Assembly: GCF_020745735.1 (NCBI RefSeq)
Contig: NC_083431.1
Location: 21,108,496-21,172,495, forward strand
DNA from: Hemiscyllium ocellatum
Lineage: Eukaryota
DNA: 64,000 nt
Direction: 5' to 3'
In this document: positions 60,396 to 64,000 of the stretch, piece by piece
Numbering within the stretch: the first letter of the stretch is position 1
How the letters are laid out: every line of letters begins with the position of its first letter
Position numbers and translations under genes: made by a program
Notes under the pieces: generated by a model
What the model saw: the letters and a program-made list of their open reading frames with translations, nothing else
Told to the model about the DNA's origin: nothing
Database searches by the model: none

Positions 60396-61035
60396 GTGTG
60401 CATCTTAGATTGTATGCCCAAGTCTCTAACTCAAAGTGGCAAGTGTGCTACTACTGAGCCAAAACTGACATCTAAAAAACAGAGTTCCTTTTTATTGTCT
60501 GGGGTTGTATCAAAGTATTGATGTTCAATAATAATGCATTTTTTTAACTCAAAATTTTTCCCCTTTTTAGTTTTCTTGTATTTTCTTGGTGACATTTCTT
60601 CACATGTACTCTTAGATCAAAATATAGCAAGGAATAATTGACAAGATACTAGCATAAAAAGAAATATTAGGATTTAAAAAGATTAAACCATGAAGACAAG
60701 TTGCATAAATTTGGGTTGTATTCAAAGGTTGGAAAGTTGAAGAGTAATTTAAATATTTAAACAGCAATCTGATAAAATTCATAAATAGAAACTATTTCCT
60801 CTGTTGGTGAAATCCAAAATAAGGTGACAAAAATAAATTTAGAGTGGGCGCCTTTCATGAATTAAATTACGAAGAAATAAATATGATATCAGTTGATTGT
60901 TTAGAGACTGAGTTTGACAGATTGGAAAGGGCAACAAGAGATCAAAGGTGGGTAAATATTGTTGAGGCACAAATCAACCATTAGCTACTTCAATAGCTGG
61001 ATGGGATAATTCCTGTTTCCATGTTTCTTAGGAAG

Positions 61036-62170
61036 TAGAGTCATGCAGTTGTCCAGCATGGAAACAGACCCTTCGGTCCAACACGTCCATGCCAACTAGC
61101 TATCCTAAATTAACCTGGTCCCATTTGCCAGCATTTGGCCCATATCCCTCTAAACTCTTTCTATTCATGTACCCATCCAGATGCCTTTTAAATGCTGTAA
61201 TTGTACTAGCCTCCACCACTTCCTCTGGCAGCACATTCCATATACGCACCACCCTCTGCGAGAAAAAGCTGCCCCTTAGGTTCCTTTTAAATTTTTCCGC
61301 TTTCACCTTAATCCTATGCCCTCTAGTTTTGGACTCCTCCACCCTGGGGAAAAGACCTTGGCTGTTCACTCTATTTATAGACACATAGAAAAGTACAGCA
61401 CAGAACAGGCCCTTTGGCACATGATGATGTGCCAAGGTCTAATCCCAACGTAAAATATAATAACTTAACCTACGCACCCCTCAGCTCACTATTATCCATG
61501 TGCATGTCCAGCAGTCGTTTAAATGTCCTTAATGACTCTGTTTCCACCACCACCGCTGGCAACGCATGCCCTCATGATTTTATAAACTTCTATAAGATCA
61601 CCCCTCAGTCTCTGATGCTCCAGGAAAAATAACCCCAGACTTTGCAGCCTCTCCCTATCACACAAACCCTCCAAACCTGGCAACATGCTTGTAATCTTTT
61701 CTGAATCCTTTCAAGTTTCACAACATCCTTCTTATAGTAGGGAAACCAGAATTAAGAGTGTTCCAAAAGTCGCCTAACAAATAGGTACAGCCACAACATG
61801 ACCTCCCGACTCCTATACTCAATGCATTGATCAATAAAGGCAAGCTTACCAAACACCTTTTTCACTATCATGTCTACTTGCAATTCTACTTTCAAGGAGC
61901 TATGAACCTGCACTCCAAGATCTCGTTGTTCAGCAACACTTCCCAGGACCTTACCATTAAGTGTATATGATTTGTCTTTCCAAAATGCAGCACCTCACAC
62001 TTATCTAAATTAAATTCCATCTGCCACTCCTTGGCCCATCTGATCAAGGTTCTATTGTACTCTGTGATAACCTTTTTGGCTGTCCACTACAATAACAATT
62101 TCCATGTCATCTGCAAACTTACTATCCGAAACTCCTATATTCATATCCAAATCATTTTTATAAATGACAA
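61036..62170 (-). mobile_element. CR1/HER1 LINE 3' portion with a nested CR1-type tail (about 61380-61567)
   Basis: ORF 61100-61435(-) KTRGHRIKVKAEKFKRNLRGSFFSQRVVRIWNVLPEEVVEASTITAFKRHLDGYM. Confidence 0.9.
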
Positions 62171-64000
62171 AAAAGTAGTTGGAAAATATTTCTTTCCAAA
62201 TCTCCATATTACATCACAATACCTTCATATCCACTTACCTTGCAAGATCATCCATTCTCTTTCCACACCCTTAGCAGTATCTCCATATACTCAGCCAGCA
62301 GTCACTTAATCTAGTCCTTATACAATTTAATGCTTCCCCCCAATATCCACAGCATTTATTATAGAAACAAAGTTACAACTATTAGGGTCAAAGGTCTGCT
62401 CTTTCCATAAACACAGAAAGACAGTATAAAAGACAAGGGAGAGAGAGAACTGGAGACAGGATATAGGAGCAGGAGGAGGCTATTTAACCAGATCATGGCT
62501 GATCATCTATAGCAAAGCATTTTCCAAAACTATCACAATATCTTTTGATACCTTGATTTTTTAAAAATGAGTTTGAAAGGAAAAACAAGTAGTTGAGCCA
62601 AAATAATAAGAAATAACAAATTGTTGAAGACTGAGCTAATTGAAGATGTGACAATGCCCTGTATAGCTTCAGCACAAGCATTTTGTACAAGATTCAGATA
62701 GGGTTGAACAGAGTTCATCATATTTTAGGAATATTTTATAAAAGAGGCAAATAGACGTTATTACAACTTAATAGGCCAAATAGTGTGAAAATACTGAAAT
62801 AACAGAAGATTCTTGCAATACCAGGTTAGGCAGTAACTATGGAGAGAAAATCTAAAATTTAACATTTCTGGTCAAGAACCTCCCATCAGATGCAGTTGGC
62901 AAACATAGGCACCTGCTTTTGATAACACTGGACGCTGAGGTATAACCTTTTCTCTCAGAACATTTATATAAACCACGGCCGCAGGTGACTTCTGAACTCA
63001 CTGCTTAGCTTGTTTATCAGCAGCTAGGGAAGTCTATGTGAATTGAAGTTATAATCCTGACCTTCGAATTATTTCCCACAGAAACAGGAAAAGGGGAGAA
63101 CTGAAAGAATTAGGGACATTACAAGTATTGAAAAGAACTTCAGCAATGCAAGTGGGGTGTTGCATACTTAGTATGATGCAGGACAGATAACAAATATCAA
63201 ATCATTACAATCATGAAGCATTTATTTAGCATATTTAGCATAAATTCAAATATTCCAAACAAGAATACATATTTCAGAATAACTCTTTAAATGCTATTTC
63301 CTGTATTTTAATGGTTTGTAACTGGCTTTCCTTCAGCAGAAATGATGTACTTGAATACACAATGTTTCCTGAACAATTATTCTCCGAAGCTAATTTTGTG
63401 GGAGGTCACTGACAGTGCTACATTCTGAACAAGGTTGTTTTGTGGCACATCCTTGAAGTTTATTTGAAAGCTGCCAACTTCTTTGGACACTTGCTGGCAT
63501 TCTGTATCTCAGCTGACATCTACAGAGCAGGAAGAACTGGTCATCAGTGCAGCTAATATTGCTGACTATCAGAAATGGGAAGGAGAAAACCTCTCAGTTC
63601 TCTGGTGACAGAATTAAATGTTATTGGCACACATATCAGAACATTCACAAGTCATGTTGACTTGATTTCACTCTGAATAAAATATAATTATTTTCTGACA
63701 AATTTCAACATTCTTACAAACATAGTGCTAATTTATATATTTTCTTTCTGCAAGACCTTCAGTTGTGTAGCAGCAGTTGCTAGACATTGCAGACAAAGAA
63801 TCCTCAAAGGAAAGGATTCTTCTGAGAGTATAATCACAGTTCTCATGATTACCGTGCACTAGCGCAGTAACCCATACTTCAGCAGGCACTCAATGTCTTG
63901 TTTCCCCAGAACTCAAATTGTCACTGCTGCTCAATGTTATTTACATTGCATCACATCAAGATCATTCTAAAACTATGGCTGACAAGAACTAAATGGCACA

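Noticed and set aside
1-64000. CRISPR arrays, prokaryotic operons or contamination
   Set aside because: No regularly spaced repeat-spacer array. The methyltransferase-like gene has spliceosomal introns containing host repeats, so it is not a bacterial contaminant.

Overview
AT-rich, repeat-dense vertebrate genomic DNA. The HE1-type V-SINEs and HER1/CR1 LINE tails indicate a cartilaginous fish (shark). Four genes can be assembled by hand with canonical GT-AG introns. (1) A 4-exon, 255-aa uncharacterised class I SAM-dependent methyltransferase-like gene (+, 5063-11144). It is largely invisible in the ORF track and resembles a microbial/protist-type family rather than any vertebrate gene I recognise. 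(2) Beta-crystallin A1/A3, cryba1 (-, CDS 16290-11671), tail-to-tail with gene 1; the betaA3 start position is TTG. (3) A beta-crystallin B1-like gene (+, CDS 28386-37347), head-to-head with cryba1. (4) A single-coding-exon connexin of probable Cx39.2 type (+, 53075-54154). The rest is mobile DNA: CR1/HER1 and L2 LINE fragments, tRNA-derived SINEs, a decayed full-length Gypsy element with two LTRs, and many Penelope-like elements and short palindromic derivatives carrying hammerhead-ribozyme cores, several with clean 13-15 bp target-site duplications. No CRISPR, rRNA or true tRNA genes were seen. Family assignments rest on motif recognition, not database searches.
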